A stretch of 64,000 bases of DNA from Meyerozyma guilliermondii (GCA_051546255.1 CP128820.1:434001-498000); one strand, 5' to 3'; positions 21,066 through 33,486 are shown, numbered from the stretch's first letter. The notes: generated from the sequence alone by a model not told the origin. A program made the numbers and translations.

Positions 21066-22367
21066 ATGCCGCTCGACATTGCTGCATCGGCCTTTTTGGA
21101 AGGCCCACAAACCATTCCCGGTTGGGATTACATCCGCGCGTACGGTCCTACGGTGGCGACCTTGGCAGCTGCAAAATATTACTTTGGCGGTACCACAAGT
21201 GAATGGGAACGTGATATGCATGGAAAGGTGTTCATGGTGACAGGAGGAACCTCGGGTATGGGTGCGTATATGGTTGACTATTTGGCACGTAAAGGTGCTC
21301 AGATTGTGTTGTTGGTTCGAACCACAGAAGATCCATGGTTAACGGATTATGTGGAGAATCTCAGAGAGTCCACGGGAAATTTCATGATATATGCGGAAAC
21401 CTGCAATTTGGCCGAGTTGTACTCGATCCGAAAATTTGCAACTCATTGGCTTGATAATCAGCCCCCACGTCGTCTCGATGGAATTATATGCTGTGCCAAC
21501 GAATCTATGCCGGCAGGGAAACCTCGGGCTGTTTCTGTCGATGGTTTGGAGAGACAGGTAGCGGTCAATTATGTGGGTCATTTTCATCTTTTGACTTTAC
21601 TAGCTCCATCTTTGCGGGTTCAACCTCCAGATAGAGACGTCCGTGTAGTGTTGGCAACATGTTCAACCATGGCTGCTGGAACAATTGATCAAAATGATCT
21701 TTTGTGGCAGTCTCGAAGATACCCATCTTGGCAGCCGTGGAAAGTCCATGGAAGCTCCAAATTGTTGCTGGGGATGTTCGCCAAGGAATTCCAGAGGCAA
21801 TTGAATCGATATGAAAGGCCAGATAAAGCTCCTTGTAATGTTCGAATCAACTTGGTCAATCCTGGTGTTGTTCGTACTCCACTGACAAGACGTCAATTGT
21901 CGTTGGGAACAGTTTGGGGGTTATTGGCTTATGTTTTAATGTTTCCATTGTGGTTTATCTTTCTTAAAAGTGCTGCGCAAGGTTCTCAGCTGATAATATT
22001 TGCATTGTGTGCGCCAATTTTGGCACAACTGGATACTGCAAATTTAGTGCAAGAGTGTAAGATCCAGTCGAAATTGCGTAAGGAACTCATGGATCAAGAA
22101 TTGCAGGAAAAGGTGTTCAAAGACACTGAAAAGTTGATCGAGAAACTCGAACGATCGAGTGCGGTGATTAGAAACAGAAACAAAAAAGATGACAAAAAAA
22201 AAGATGACAAAACGGGAAAGGAAACAAAAAAGAGAAAGAATAAGAATTATGTTGCTGAAAAACCGAAAACTGAAGCTGAACTCGACAACCGTATCTCGCA
22301 ATTACGCCTGCTGTTGGGTATGGGAGGAACCAAAGATGCGTTGTTTCCTGGTGCCCCAACTACATAG
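21066..22367 (+). CDS. PBR1: ER short-chain dehydrogenase-like protein (YNL181W/Pbr1 ortholog)
   Basis: WERDMHGKVFMVTGGTSGMG, IRKFAT.WLDN.PPRRLDG, LR.QPPDRDVR. Divergent from IPI3, as YNL181W is from YNL182C. Confidence 0.88.
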   Translation: MPLDIAASAFLEGPQTIPGWDYIRAYGPTVATLAAAKYYFGGTTSEWERDMHGKVFMVTGGTSGMGAYMVDYLARKGAQIVLLVRTTEDPWLTDYVENLRESTGNFMIYAETCNLAELYSIRKFATHWLDNQPPRRLDGIICCANESMPAGKPRAVSVDGLERQVAVNYVGHFHLLTLLAPSLRVQPPDRDVRVVLATCSTMAAGTIDQNDLLWQSRRYPSWQPWKVHGSSKLLLGMFAKEFQRQLNRYERPDKAPCNVRINLVNPGVVRTPLTRRQLSLGTVWGLLAYVLMFPLWFIFLKSAAQGSQLIIFALCAPILAQLDTANLVQECKIQSKLRKELMDQELQEKVFKDTEKLIEKLERSSAVIRNRNKKDDKKKDDKTGKETKKRKNKNYVAEKPKTEAELDNRISQLRLLLGMGGTKDALFPGAPTT

Positions 22368-22454
22368 CTAAATAGATATTTGCAGCAATTGGATGTGGTG
22401 GTGTGTGGATGTGTATGGTGGTGTGTCTATCGGTGGTCGGTATCGGCGTGCGGG

Positions 22455-22476
22455 ATGACTCAGCGCTGACTCAGCG
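22455..22476. promoter_or_regulatory. Two tandem Gcn4/AP-1-type sites (TGACTCA) upstream of NPR1
   Basis: atgactcagcgctgactcagcg, with TGACTCA at 22456-22462 and 22467-22473. Confidence 0.7.
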
Positions 22477-22521
22477 TTATCACCCTAATCAGTTTCGACG
22501 AGTAGGCGAACTCCAAACTTT

Positions 22522-24882
22522 ATGAGTACCGACCGCCCAGTATCGTCGTTAACGCGATTATTGCACGAGTCGTTGCTGACCGGCGGTACGCCTGCGCAGA
22601 CCCCCGGTGATACTCCGACCACTTCCAAAGTCGGATCTTTATCGGGGTCCCGAACGTCACTTTCAGATTTGAATTCCGACCATTTAACGGTACCCAATCC
22701 GAACCATGATAATAATAATTCCGAGGGTTTAAACGATGATAGTGCGGCCGAAAAGATTGATGGGTTTGAGTCACCGCGAGCCGCCACGTTTTCTCTTGGA
22801 AGCCACAGTAACCGGAATGCTGTCCGGAGCCCGAGAATGAATCGAAACAATTCGATGTCACACCTGTTTTTCACCGGAAATGAGTCATTATCGTCGTCGA
22901 TTCCGTACTCTGCACCCGGGGGCAGACTGCATGCCCAATCGGTTGGTTCAACCACCGGATCTGTCCCAGGATCCACCGGATCCACAGGATCTGCCACCGG
23001 CCACACCATCGGATCTACCGCAAATTCCGGTGCCATCGCTGCACCCCACGATTCTCTCGGAACTAACATCAACCTATCATCTTCCGTCGACCATATCCCC
23101 AATCTTCCCAATGGCCAGCCCATATCCTCCATCTACATCCAGTCACCCCAGGTCCATTCGTCACTGATTGAACCTCGATTTGTTGTTTCAAAACAAAGAG
23201 TTGCACAGGCTCAAGCAGCATCTTTTGGTCTGTCACAACAACGGTCCGGTTCCCAATCTGGGCTTCTGTTCTTCTTTTCGCTGAAAAACAAGCTGGTTCC
23301 GAAACGAGACTCGTCCACAGACCTCGGATCTTTTTACAACAATTCTTATAACGAAAATGCCGTTGCAAGTTCCCCATCTTCTCTCTCGTCTACAGAATCT
23401 CAACAACAGCTGATGCCCACCAGACACAATTCCATGGCCAATTTGAAGCGGTTTTTCAAGAAAACCCCGACGCCAGCACGGGAGATTCCTGCCTCTTCGA
23501 ATCTACTGGCTCTGCTTCGTGGAACCAATGGAAGCTACGGGACCAGTTATCCAAATAACAGCGGAAGTTTTGTCAATGGAAATGGAGGTGGTTGGAATGG
23601 AGGTTCATTTGCCGGCGGCGCTACCCCCGGATCTTTGACTGCAAGCTCTTCCAATGCTTCATATTCTCAAAGTCCCGGTGGTGGAATTTCGCGATCTTCA
23701 TCCATCAACAATCTCTATCCTGAACGGCGCCCGCTGGTGCTGACTCTTCTTAGCCCTCAGCAGCCTTTCTCCAAACGGTATTCTAAAATGGGTGAAAGTT
23801 TGGGAGCGGGAGCTGGAGGATCTGTCAATTTGGTCACCAGATTGGCCGATAAAAAGACGTTTGCCGTGAAAGAGTTCCGGGCCAAATATTCCAATGAAAC
23901 CAAGCGAGACTACGCCAAAAAGATCACCGGCGAGTACTGTATTGGTCTGACCCTCAAGCACCCCAATATCATCGAAACCGTGGAAATTTGCTACGAAAAC
24001 GAGCGCATTTTACAGGTGATGGAATACTGCGACTTTGATCTTTTTGCAATTGTCATGTCCAACAAAATGTCTCGTGAAGAAATCAACTGTTGTTTCAAGC
24101 AAATCCTTTCCGGGATCAACTACATCCACAGCATGGGCTTGGCACATCGAGACCTCAAGTTGGACAATTGTGTCATTGACACTCGCGGCATAGTCAAGGT
24201 GATTGACTTTGGTTCGGCGGTGGTTTTTTCGTATCCATTTTCGAAAACCTTGATAGAGTCACTGGGAATTGTTGGTTCGGACCCATACTTGGCACCCGAG
24301 GTGTGTGTGTTCCACAAATACGATCCTCGTCCGGTAGACGTGTGGTCTGCGGCCATCATTTATTGCTGTATGATGTTGAAAAAATTTCCATGGAAAGTGC
24401 CCAAATTGACCGATAATAGTTTCAAGATGTTTGCATCTCGTCCAGACCCAATTCCTCTCAGCGAAATGCTCAAGAAAACCCCGGCAACTATGGCTGAAGG
24501 CAGTTATAACAGCGACTTGGCTGCTGCTGCTGCTGAAGCCGCCCAAAATTCTCCAAAACCTGTTTCCAAAGACTCCGCTTCGCCAGCTGGAAACCCCCAT
24601 ACTTCCACCGAAGCAGGACCTGGACGGCTTCTTCTTGCTTTGCCGGAAGACTGTCGGAATTTGATCGGTAGAATGGTGGAATTGGCACCGGCTTGTCGCA
24701 TAACCATCGAAGAATGTTTTAAAGACGAATGGCTTGCTTCCGTTAACATGTGTACTGTGGAAGAGCAGTTTCATGCCGACGGAACCAATACTTTCGAGGT
24801 GGTCAAGGCAGATGATCATGACCACACCCAGGTGGACCAGGCCAAGGCACATATCAGTGCTTTCGAGAAGAAGAAAAGGTGA
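22522..24882 (+). CDS. NPR1: Nitrogen permease reactivator Ser/Thr kinase (Npr1/Prr2 family)
   Basis: Ser-rich N-terminus. Kinase motifs LGAGAGGSV, FAVKEFR, HRDLKLDN, IDFGSA, GIVGSDPYLAPEV, YDPRPVDVWS; ends HDHTQVDQ. Confidence 0.93.
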   Translation: MSTDRPVSSLTRLLHESLLTGGTPAQTPGDTPTTSKVGSLSGSRTSLSDLNSDHLTVPNPNHDNNNSEGLNDDSAAEKIDGFESPRAATFSLGSHSNRNAVRSPRMNRNNSMSHLFFTGNESLSSSIPYSAPGGRLHAQSVGSTTGSVPGSTGSTGSATGHTIGSTANSGAIAAPHDSLGTNINLSSSVDHIPNLPNGQPISSIYIQSPQVHSSLIEPRFVVSKQRVAQAQAASFGLSQQRSGSQSGLLFFFSLKNKLVPKRDSSTDLGSFYNNSYNENAVASSPSSLSSTESQQQLMPTRHNSMANLKRFFKKTPTPAREIPASSNLLALLRGTNGSYGTSYPNNSGSFVNGNGGGWNGGSFAGGATPGSLTASSSNASYSQSPGGGISRSSSINNLYPERRPLVLTLLSPQQPFSKRYSKMGESLGAGAGGSVNLVTRLADKKTFAVKEFRAKYSNETKRDYAKKITGEYCIGLTLKHPNIIETVEICYENERILQVMEYCDFDLFAIVMSNKMSREEINCCFKQILSGINYIHSMGLAHRDLKLDNCVIDTRGIVKVIDFGSAVVFSYPFSKTLIESLGIVGSDPYLAPEVCVFHKYDPRPVDVWSAAIIYCCMMLKKFPWKVPKLTDNSFKMFASRPDPIPLSEMLKKTPATMAEGSYNSDLAAAAAEAAQNSPKPVSKDSASPAGNPHTSTEAGPGRLLLALPEDCRNLIGRMVELAPACRITIEECFKDEWLASVNMCTVEEQFHADGTNTFEVVKADDHDHTQVDQAKAHISAFEKKKR

Positions 24883-25619
24883 GAACCAAAAGAGAACAAA
24901 AGAGAAACAAAAGGTGAAAAAGTGAAGAGAAACAAAGAATTTATTCATAAGACGCTGAAATAGTTCAAATATACGATTTGGAACGATTGTTCATAGAGAT
25001 TAGCTGGAAGCGTAGTTATATTTGACGTAATTGTTGAAGGCTATACTTTACTAACTCCGGCTTACAAGTTGCTACAGTACGACTTTGTTACAAGAAAAGC
25101 TACAAGACCATTGAGCTTTCAGATCTCTCAGTTTTAACTGTATGAAATTTCTCACCTCTCAGTTACTCAATGCTACGTCTAATTGGAAAATGGTTACTTT
25201 TATATTCCTAGTCTTCAAGGCGGTACTTTACTTTCTTTCTTTCTTCCTCTTAGCTCAATCTGACGTCTAACTCCATAAATGAATGGAAACATAATATCTT
25301 GATCTCTTTCTTTTTGGGTCTCGCTCAACATACCATTTTCTCAAGTAGATTATTTCCTTAAGTTTAACCAACAAAATTGTTGTGTACCTTGGCTCTATCA
25401 TCTAATAGGAAATTGGCATTCTTGGCGAACTCTTTCAACGAAGAAACTCAAATATAGAAAATGAACCCCATCGTAAATCTACAGCATCTTTCTCAATTAC
25501 AACTCATGTATAACTTATCCACTTTTCGTCTTCATTCACCTATAAAATACAGGGTAAATACTACACTTTTCTTCCTTCTTTTCTTCGCTATTATAGAAGC
25601 TTCCGCTCCGCTATGTACA

Positions 25620-26051
25620 TTACTTCACCACCTTGATTCCTACCGCCTCTGCCGTCAGGATCACCGCTCCACAGATCGCCTTCAAGTCAACCTCCTTGTG
25701 TCTATCGTCGGTTTTTTTGATCTTGGCTATTTCGTATATATGCTTCAACGACACTTCTCCTACATGATTATGAGTTGGTTTATCTGCTCCTTTGGTTACG
25801 TTGGCGGCCTTGAACAAGAGCCAGGACGTGGGCGGCGACTTCATCTCAAACGTGAACGTACGGTCGGGTTTCACCGTCAAAAGACATGGAACTGGAGTGC
25901 CGGGTTGAAGATTGGCGGTTCTCGCATTGAACTCTTTGCAAAAATCTATGGCCTTGACACCCTTGGAACCCAACGCCGGACCCACTGGGGGGGCGGGCGC
26001 GGCCTGGCCAGCTCCCACGATCAATTTGACCATGACATTCTTGGCGGACAT
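25620..26051 (-). CDS. MRPL19: Mitochondrial ribosomal protein uL11m
   Basis: [41 protein letters not shown] at 26051. Confidence 0.95.
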   Translation of the reverse strand: MSAKNVMVKLIVGAGQAAPAPPVGPALGSKGVKAIDFCKEFNARTANLQPGTPVPCLLTVKPDRTFTFEMKSPPTSWLLFKAANVTKGADKPTHNHVGEVSLKHIYEIAKIKKTDDRHKEVDLKAICGAVILTAEAVGIKVVK

Positions 26052-26260
26052 CGCAGAAAGTTGAGGTGAAAGTGAGGTGAAAGTGAGGTGAAAAGTTCGG
26101 TTGAGAATGAGAATTGAATCGACCTGCATAGCTAATTGATGCGATTTGCACCCACACATCGAAAGCCATTCTTCATCTCTACTACACTTAATAACTTTAA
26201 TACTTTTCTACCTTATCTTTCTACATTTCTCATTTCTGACTTTCTTTCTTCATGCTTATG

Positions 26261-27697
26261 CTAGATGTCTTCCTTGAACCGCGAATTGGCGGTGGAATCA
26301 TTATTGTCTTCGCCGAGATGGTAATCGGCCGGATTAAAGTGCGCAAAGTCTTCCGATGGACCTCGGGAATGGCCGGTGGGATACGGCGGTGCTTGGTTTG
26401 TTGGTGCTTCATTTTGACCTGCTCCAGAGCCAAGTCGCGGCTCAAACCCCGGATCTTGTTCTGGCTGCGAAAACTCAAATCCGTCCTGGTCCTCGTATGT
26501 GGTTCCCAAAGGTCTAGAAATCGAATTGAATCGAGATGCTGCTGCGGCGGTGTTGGTACCGCTGGAATTTGTGGCGGTGGGTCGGAAAACCGAGTCCAAA
26601 TTGTTACTATTAGTGACTCCTCGGTAAGCAAAGTCTCCAGATTCTTCGCCCACAGTATTTTGTGCGGTGCTGTTTGCTCGCTGGTCCACCTGGCGTTCTA
26701 TGTCGTCCATGCCAGCTAAAGCTCCGCCGCCCGAAGAGCGCTTTGACGACGAAAACGGCATTTTCAACCCGAATTTCTCGGAAAATGGGTTCAGGTCTCC
26801 GGAATTGTTTTCTGAAAAGTCCGGCGACGGGTTGATGTTTTTGCGGTTGCGGCGCCGGAGGTACACGAAGAGCACCGCCAAGGCACTGAGAACAATTATT
26901 CCGCCGACAGACCCCACAACTCCGCCGATAATTTTAGGTGAAGACGACAGTTTGCCGGAGTCTCCAGAGGACGACGCCGACGCCGTGGGCTCAGCAGTCA
27001 CGAACGAGGTGATGGTCTTGTCGCCCAGGGTGTAAGTGGTGGAATGAGCGGAAAACGACGAGGTTATGGAGGCCGACGAACGGGAAGAAGTGGTTGAGGA
27101 AGTCAGTGAGGATGTGGTGGTTTCGTCCGAAGATTCGGCCATAGAAGTCAGCGATGCGTGTGAGCGGGACCTCAGAGACCGCAGGGCAGACGACGACAAA
27201 GTGGTGAAAGACGAAGAAGTCACCGACAGAGAAGATGACGATGACTTCGATGATGATGATGATGATGATGACGAAACCAGTGACGACAGAATTGACGAAG
27301 AAGTGAATGAGCTCGAGGTGGAGCTTCTGATGCTAGTACTGGAGCTGGTGCTGGAGCTGGTTTCGGAGCTGGTGGAGCTGGTGGTGGTGCTAAACGAAGA
27401 CGAGCTAGTGGAAGATTTCACAGTCAGCGAAAACGTGCTCGATGACAGAAAAATGGATGCTGAATAGGCGGTGCTAGACGAAGGTTGCGGCCGCCTCAGC
27501 GAGCTAGCGACCAAAGACGATGTTGCCGATAACCCCAGACTGGTTTTGGAAGCGGCATCGGTGGCGGAAGACGAAGTGAACGAGGGAGTTCCTGTGGCCG
27601 AAAAATCCGAGGTGGTAGTCAGGGTTGGATAAAGTGCTGATTCCGTACTGGTAGGCGTCCCTGAGTCACCAGTTCCTCCAAACAGGTTGAAGTCCAT
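26261..27697 (-). CDS. Ser/Thr-rich single-pass membrane protein (Mid2-like TM; Tda7/YDL211C-like by position)
   Basis: Long Ser/Thr tract, then IIGGVVGSVGG..TM..RRRNRK and a cytoplasmic tail. ATG at 27697. Confidence 0.75.
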   Translation of the reverse strand: MDFNLFGGTGDSGTPTSTESALYPTLTTTSDFSATGTPSFTSSSATDAASKTSLGLSATSSLVASSLRRPQPSSSTAYSASIFLSSSTFSLTVKSSTSSSSFSTTTSSTSSETSSSTSSSTSIRSSTSSSFTSSSILSSLVSSSSSSSSSKSSSSSLSVTSSSFTTLSSSALRSLRSRSHASLTSMAESSDETTTSSLTSSTTSSRSSASITSSFSAHSTTYTLGDKTITSFVTAEPTASASSSGDSGKLSSSPKIIGGVVGSVGGIIVLSALAVLFVYLRRRNRKNINPSPDFSENNSGDLNPFSEKFGLKMPFSSSKRSSGGGALAGMDDIERQVDQRANSTAQNTVGEESGDFAYRGVTNSNNLDSVFRPTATNSSGTNTAAAASRFNSISRPLGTTYEDQDGFEFSQPEQDPGFEPRLGSGAGQNEAPTNQAPPYPTGHSRGPSEDFAHFNPADYHLGEDNNDSTANSRFKEDI

Positions 27698-28346
27698 AAT
27701 ATGGTTCAAGAAAAATGAAAAGAAATGACGTGGCGGAGGTTTTAAATGAATTAATTATTTAGAAGGGGTTCAGGTAAAATAGGTGATTGCATCCAACCAC
27801 CACCGCACGCAGGGGGAGCGATGCCAGGCTTAGCGATGAACAGTAAAGGTGAAAAGGTTCAGCTTTTGGATTTGTGTTGGAGTGATTTGGTATGTTTGGT
27901 ATGTTTGGTCTGTTTGGGTACGTGGTGGTTTTGTTTTGTGGACAGTGCCCAATTGCACAATGCCAATTCCTTGCCAGGTTTCAGCTCATCGACGCCAAGC
28001 GCAACGCCTGCACATTGCTTCTAATTATAGCAAGGCGGGTGCGGCTAACAAGGTACGAGGTTGTCTGTGCGATGTAGCTGAAGAGCCGATCAAAGCACGT
28101 GAGTGTGGGGATTTGGAAAGAAACTGGAAAAGAAACTGTGCAGAAGAATTGTGCAGCAGAATGTGAGCACTGTGCGGCTGAATTGGCTGCGAAATACGAG
28201 TGGCTGAAATGACTGATGACAATGATGATAATGAATCAATGATAATGAATCAATGACAATGAAGAAAATAATTGACATATTTGACAGCAATTGTTGCTTA
28301 ACACTTGTATGTCAATACCTGCCAAATTTTCAAACTTGAATCGTCA

Positions 28347-29810
28347 TTATCCGATCAGCACAGCCTGAAAACCCTTCCCACTCACCACCCCAAACCACTC
28401 TCCCAGGCTCCGCCAGCACACAGAATTGACCTCCAAGTCTTCCTCATACGAAAGCACAGGTGCGTCTGTAGCTGCCGTTTCCATGAGTTGGCCCTTGGGT
28501 GCTTGGAGGTTGCTACAGTCCCATATGAGCGCCTGGCAGTCGTCTCCGCCGGTAAGCAAGTAATTGGCTGTTGGGTGCCATGTCAAGCAATTGATAGCAC
28601 CGCTATTTGTGGCTCCGAGAGAAGCGTCGAGGGTTGCTAGCGGCAATCCGGGCATTCGCATATCGATTATTATCACATTATTGGAATTCGCACCGATGGT
28701 TGCGAGATGGTGTTGGTCGATGTTGGAAGCAGAAAGCCTCAAAAGTGCATTTGATGAAGTTAGTGGCAGCTGCTGTGATGGGGTTGATCCTCGTGCCAAC
28801 GGAGAACTGGAAGCAGGACCGGGGCCGGTATTGGTGAGCAGAGCCGGTCCAGGCTCATAAATGATGTTGGAGTGCTCGAGCGACCGGAGGTCGAAAACTC
28901 TCATGGAACCGTCGTTGCCCACCGACGCAAACACGTTGGTTGAGTTGTGGATGAACTTGACGTCAAACACCTCGGAGTCGTGGGCGATAAGCTGGGTCTT
29001 GACACTGGCTACATCGAGACCGGATTTGGAGTCGCCGTGGGCTCGATTGACATCCCATAAAGTGCAGGTGGTATCTACGGAAGAAGTGATGATGATGCTG
29101 GGGTCGGTGGAGTTCCAGTCGAACGAGGTGACGGGAGGAAGCGTATTGACGTTTTCCAGAGACGAATTTCCACTGGTATTGGGTGCTGGATTCGCAAGCG
29201 TATGGGTCTGTTCGAGCCTCGGTTCTCCGTCGTTATCGGTTATGGCAAACAACCGTAAAACTTCCAGCAGCGCTGCCAACCTAGCGGTGCTCTCGTGAGC
29301 TATTCTGGGGTCCCATTGAAGCTGGGTAACAGGGTACTCCACATTGACGTCTGCCGCAAGCATAAAGTCAAAACCGTCAAAAGTGGATCTGGTGGAGCTG
29401 TTGGAGCTGGTGTCAGCTCTAATTCTAGTGTCTCCACTGGATGTGGTTCTGGTGTCACTTCTGGTGTCTCCACTGGTGGTTCTAGTGTCATTCATTCTGT
29501 CCTTTTCGCCGTCTTCGCTTCTATATCCACTTCCATGGACTATCTGGATCTTGTTTGTGAATCCCTCCTTGTATGTGCTCAACGCTATACACTCATAATC
29601 GCCTCTTTGGGCCCATTGCAGACAATTGAGTGGCATTGGTGACATAAAGTAGGAAAAACGATCGCTTGGTAAAATTGGATTGGGATCATTTAGTAACACG
29701 GGCTGGTAATTGGAGTAGAACTGGGACCGCTGCTGCAGCCTGGGACTGGTGTAACCGTTGTAATTGGGGGAGTATGGCATGCCGGACATGGAGCCCCTTT
29801 TGGACTTCAT
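28347..29810 (-). CDS. WD40 protein of the DCAF7/AN11 (YPL247C) family
   Basis: PVTSFDWN..DPS.IITSSVDTTCTLWD, VKTQLIAHDSEVFDV, FASVGNDGSMRVFDLRSLEHS, GGDDCQALIWD. ATG at 29810. Confidence 0.92.
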   Translation of the reverse strand: MKSKRGSMSGMPYSPNYNGYTSPRLQQRSQFYSNYQPVLLNDPNPILPSDRFSYFMSPMPLNCLQWAQRGDYECIALSTYKEGFTNKIQIVHGSGYRSEDGEKDRMNDTRTTSGDTRSDTRTTSSGDTRIRADTSSNSSTRSTFDGFDFMLAADVNVEYPVTQLQWDPRIAHESTARLAALLEVLRLFAITDNDGEPRLEQTHTLANPAPNTSGNSSLENVNTLPPVTSFDWNSTDPSIIITSSVDTTCTLWDVNRAHGDSKSGLDVASVKTQLIAHDSEVFDVKFIHNSTNVFASVGNDGSMRVFDLRSLEHSNIIYEPGPALLTNTGPGPASSSPLARGSTPSQQLPLTSSNALLRLSASNIDQHHLATIGANSNNVIIIDMRMPGLPLATLDASLGATNSGAINCLTWHPTANYLLTGGDDCQALIWDCSNLQAPKGQLMETAATDAPVLSYEEDLEVNSVCWRSLGEWFGVVSGKGFQAVLIG

Positions 29811-30414
29811 GTTGAGCAATGGTGTTGGTGCAGGATTGAGAGTGAGAAAGAGACAAGGTGAGACAAGAGAGGTATATGAAAGAAATGCAAAATCACATAA
29901 TTTGATATCAATGAATTGGGGTTCAATTCATCTCTTTTATTTCATTTTCAATTATTTTCAACTCATCTCTTATTTTATTTTTTTATTTTCATACCTTTAG
30001 TAATTTTTCACTTAACTTCTTACTTATAGCTTTCACTAAAAACTTCTTACTTAGAGCTTTTCACTTATGAATGTTACTTGGTTTCTACTTTTTCTTTTTA
30101 GTTATTACACTTACTGAAACTCAACTTCTTACGAATAGCTTTGTACTATTTTTGTATAGTTTCAGTAATTTTCACTTTCACCTTCTTGACTTTGACGAAT
30201 AGTGAGAAGCAGAACATTTCTCTAGAGAAACTCATTCATTCTTCCAAATCTCACCTTCAGCATCTCTGTTCAGCTTCTGAAACTAGTAAACTCTGGTCTA
30301 TTCAGCTCAATTTCAATTATTCACTTTTCAGGCATTATCATGTCTATTCCAGTTACTTCCAGATTAGTTCTGATCACTTTCTATTATTCTTATTATTCTT
30401 CTATTCTTCTTCTA

Positions 30415-33400
30415 TTACTCTTGCTGCTCCACAACCTCCTCCACCGATGGACAAGTGCACATCAAGTTGATATCACCATAAGTATCGTCCACTCTGCTCA
30501 CAGTTGGCCAGCATTTTGCAACCTTTAAATATGGCAATGGGTAAGCTGCTTGTTCTCTCGAATATCCTCTGGTTTCCCACTCTTGTTGAGGAGTAGAGAT
30601 TATATCCTGCAACGAGTGAGGAGCATTCTTGAGTACACCGCCAATGGGTTCACCATTTTTGTACGCTTCGATTTCTTGTCTTATGGCCAAGAGAGCATTG
30701 ACAAAACGGTCCAATTCTTCAAGATTTTCCGACTCGGTGGGCTCGATCATCAAGGTTCCAGCAATGGGGAACGACATGGTAGGCGCATGGAACCCGTAAT
30801 CTTGTAAACGTTTAGCAACATCGATGGCTTCTACTCCAAAGGACTTGAATTCACGAAGATCAAGAATGAATTCATGAGCACAATGCTTTAAACCTTCAGA
30901 AGCAGAAGCGTGTGAGTCCACAAACATGATCTTATACTGGTCCTTAAGTCTGTTCAACATATAGTTGGCATTTAACATGGCGATGGTGGAAGTGTAAGGA
31001 AGCGATTGCGCTCCCAACATTTTGATGTACAGATAAGACACGGGGATCACAGCTGCCGATCCATAAGGAGCCGAGTTGACAGCTTCAATGGACTCATTGG
31101 TGGAGTGAGGAGTAGCCACAAAGTGGTGTTTGGGCAAAAATGGTGCCAAATGTTGCTTGACACATACCGGTGCCTGGCCGGGTCCTCCACCTCCATGCGA
31201 CAAAGCAAAGGTTTTGTGAATATTGAGATGGCATACGTCGGCTCCCAAGTCTCCTGGCGAAGTTAACCCGACTTGGGCGTTCATATTGGCTCCGTCAAGG
31301 TACACCAAACCTCCATTCTGGTGGACGGTGTCGATAGCTTGTTTGATTCCGGGCTCGAAAAGACCATAGGTTGAAGGATAAGTGATCATAATGGCAGCAA
31401 GCTCATTGCGGTGTTTGTTAGCTTTGGCTGCGAGATCCTCGAGGTCAATGGAACCGTCACCGAGACATTTTACCGGCACAACTTTGAGTCCACACATGGC
31501 AGCAGAAGCTGGGTTTGTTCCATGAGCAGACACGGGAATAAGACAAATGTTTCTGTGGGATTCTTGGCGCAGAGCATGGTACTGGCGGATGAGCGACAAC
31601 CCGGTATATTCTCCTTGGGCACCGGAATTGGGCATGGAAGTGGTAGCATCGAAACCGGTAATATCATTAAGATCTTTTTCAAATTCGTCAATGAGCTCTT
31701 TGTAGCCTTGGGCTTGGTCGATGGGTGCAAAAGGGTGGATCTGGCTAAATCCAGGCATGGAAAGAGTCATCATTTCAACAGTAGCGTTCAATTTCATGGT
31801 GCACAGACCCAAGGGGATCATCGAGTTGGCCAAAGAAAGGTCCTTGGATTGCAAAAGATGAAGATATCTCAACATGGCAGTTTCTGAATGGTGGGTGTTG
31901 AATACTGGATGGGTGAGAATCTCGTCTTGACGCAAAAGTTGTTGAGGAACAGAAGGAAGCGATGCTGGAAGTGTAACTTTTTTTCCGGTGAAAACCTCAA
32001 TGAGATCCACCACATCCTGGGCAGTAGTGGTTTCGTCAAGAGTCAACGAAACATGGTTTTCGTCCACTTTAAAGAGATTGAAATTGTACTCGTTCAAGGC
32101 AACGTCCAATACTTTTGTAGAACTTTCTACCTTTATGGTCAAGGTATCGAACCATTTTTCGTTCACCACCTGAGGTCCCAATTCTTGTGCCAAAACCGAG
32201 GTAAAACCATATACTCTTCTGGCAATATTCTTGAGTCCCTCCGCACCATGGTAAACGGCATACATAGCAGCCATGTTAGCCAACAATGCCTGGGCAGTAC
32301 AGATGTTGGAAGTGGCATTTTCACGCTTGATATGCTGTTCACGAGTCTGGAGAGCCAATCTCAAAGCTGGGTTACCGAGACGGTCTTTTGACACACCAAC
32401 AATTCTACCTGAAATTTTCCGAGAGTACTTGTTGGTGGTAGCAAAGAACGCAGCATGGGGACCTCCGTAGCCAAAAGGCACACCGAAACGCTGGGATGTT
32501 CCCAAAGCAATATCGGCTCCAAATTCCGCTGGACTGCGAAGAAGAGTCAATGCAAGAAGATCAGTGGCCATGGCAAGTAAACCTTTGGAAGAATGGACGA
32601 TTTCTGCTACGGCTGAAAAGTCTGTTATGGACCCATCGGTAGCTGGATATTGCACTATAGCACCGCAAGATTCTCCGGCAAGACTTTTGAGCTGGTCGAG
32701 ACCTTGTGGAGTGTCCAATGGAAGAACCACGATTTCCACTCCAATATTACCTGCTCTCGATCTTACCACTCCGAGAGTCTGTGGGTGGATCTTGGCGTCC
32801 ACAACATACTTTTTCTTCTTGCCTCGCAAGTTGTGGAAAGACATAGCCATGGCTTCTCCAGCTGCGGTTCCCTCGTCCAACAACGACGCATTGGCCATGG
32901 GTAAACCGGTCAATGAAGACACCATTGTCTGGTAATTGAGCAACGATTCGAGCCGTCCTTGGGAAATCTCCGGCTGGTACGGCGTGTACGAAGTATACCA
33001 TTCAGGCAGCTCCAATAAATTGCGCTGAATCACGGGAGGTACCCTGGTTCCAGCATACCCTTTTCCGATATAAGATTTGACAATCCTGTTTTTTCCAGCA
33101 AGCTCAGCCAAGTGCTCGAGCATCTCCAGCTCGGTGTACCCGTGTTCTGGTGACACTTTAAGTTGTCTTTTGAAAAGAATATGAGGAGGAACTGCTTTTG
33201 ACAAGAATTCATCCAAGTCATTGTACCCCAAACTTTGCAACATTTTCTGGGTTTCTTCTGGCGTGGGGCCCAAGTGGCGCCGTGCGAACGTGTCCAACCG
33301 TTCGTAGCCGTTATCCAGAACCGTAGGATCGAAAACTCGTTGATAATTTGCCGATGAGGTGTCAGCCTCGGTTGATGGCGATGAAGCTAACATTCTGACC

Positions 33401-33486
33401 GAGTACCTGAGAGGCGCCCAAACGCGACAGGGGGCCTTGTGGGTGGCCGTGGACACTGCCAAAGCAGCCTTGAAACCAGATCTCAT
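30415..33486 (-). CDS. GCV2: Glycine decarboxylase P-protein (glycine cleavage system), mitochondrial
   Basis: [46 protein letters not shown]-lysine motif [18 protein letters not shown] at 33486. Confidence 0.97.
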   Translation of the reverse strand: MRSGFKAALAVSTATHKAPCRVWAPLRYSVRMLASSPSTEADTSSANYQRVFDPTVLDNGYERLDTFARRHLGPTPEETQKMLQSLGYNDLDEFLSKAVPPHILFKRQLKVSPEHGYTELEMLEHLAELAGKNRIVKSYIGKGYAGTRVPPVIQRNLLELPEWYTSYTPYQPEISQGRLESLLNYQTMVSSLTGLPMANASLLDEGTAAGEAMAMSFHNLRGKKKKYVVDAKIHPQTLGVVRSRAGNIGVEIVVLPLDTPQGLDQLKSLAGESCGAIVQYPATDGSITDFSAVAEIVHSSKGLLAMATDLLALTLLRSPAEFGADIALGTSQRFGVPFGYGGPHAAFFATTNKYSRKISGRIVGVSKDRLGNPALRLALQTREQHIKRENATSNICTAQALLANMAAMYAVYHGAEGLKNIARRVYGFTSVLAQELGPQVVNEKWFDTLTIKVESSTKVLDVALNEYNFNLFKVDENHVSLTLDETTTAQDVVDLIEVFTGKKVTLPASLPSVPQQLLRQDEILTHPVFNTHHSETAMLRYLHLLQSKDLSLANSMIPLGLCTMKLNATVEMMTLSMPGFSQIHPFAPIDQAQGYKELIDEFEKDLNDITGFDATTSMPNSGAQGEYTGLSLIRQYHALRQESHRNICLIPVSAHGTNPASAAMCGLKVVPVKCLGDGSIDLEDLAAKANKHRNELAAIMITYPSTYGLFEPGIKQAIDTVHQNGGLVYLDGANMNAQVGLTSPGDLGADVCHLNIHKTFALSHGGGGPGQAPVCVKQHLAPFLPKHHFVATPHSTNESIEAVNSAPYGSAAVIPVSYLYIKMLGAQSLPYTSTIAMLNANYMLNRLKDQYKIMFVDSHASASEGLKHCAHEFILDLREFKSFGVEAIDVAKRLQDYGFHAPTMSFPIAGTLMIEPTESENLEELDRFVNALLAIRQEIEAYKNGEPIGGVLKNAPHSLQDIISTPQQEWETRGYSREQAAYPLPYLKVAKCWPTVSRVDDTYGDINLMCTCPSVEEVVEQQE

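Noticed and set aside
27066..27467. Highly acidic 133-aa ORF
   Set aside because: It is the antisense shadow of poly-Ser codons in the Ser/Thr-rich membrane gene. The same applies to 13477-14124 and 4840-5445.
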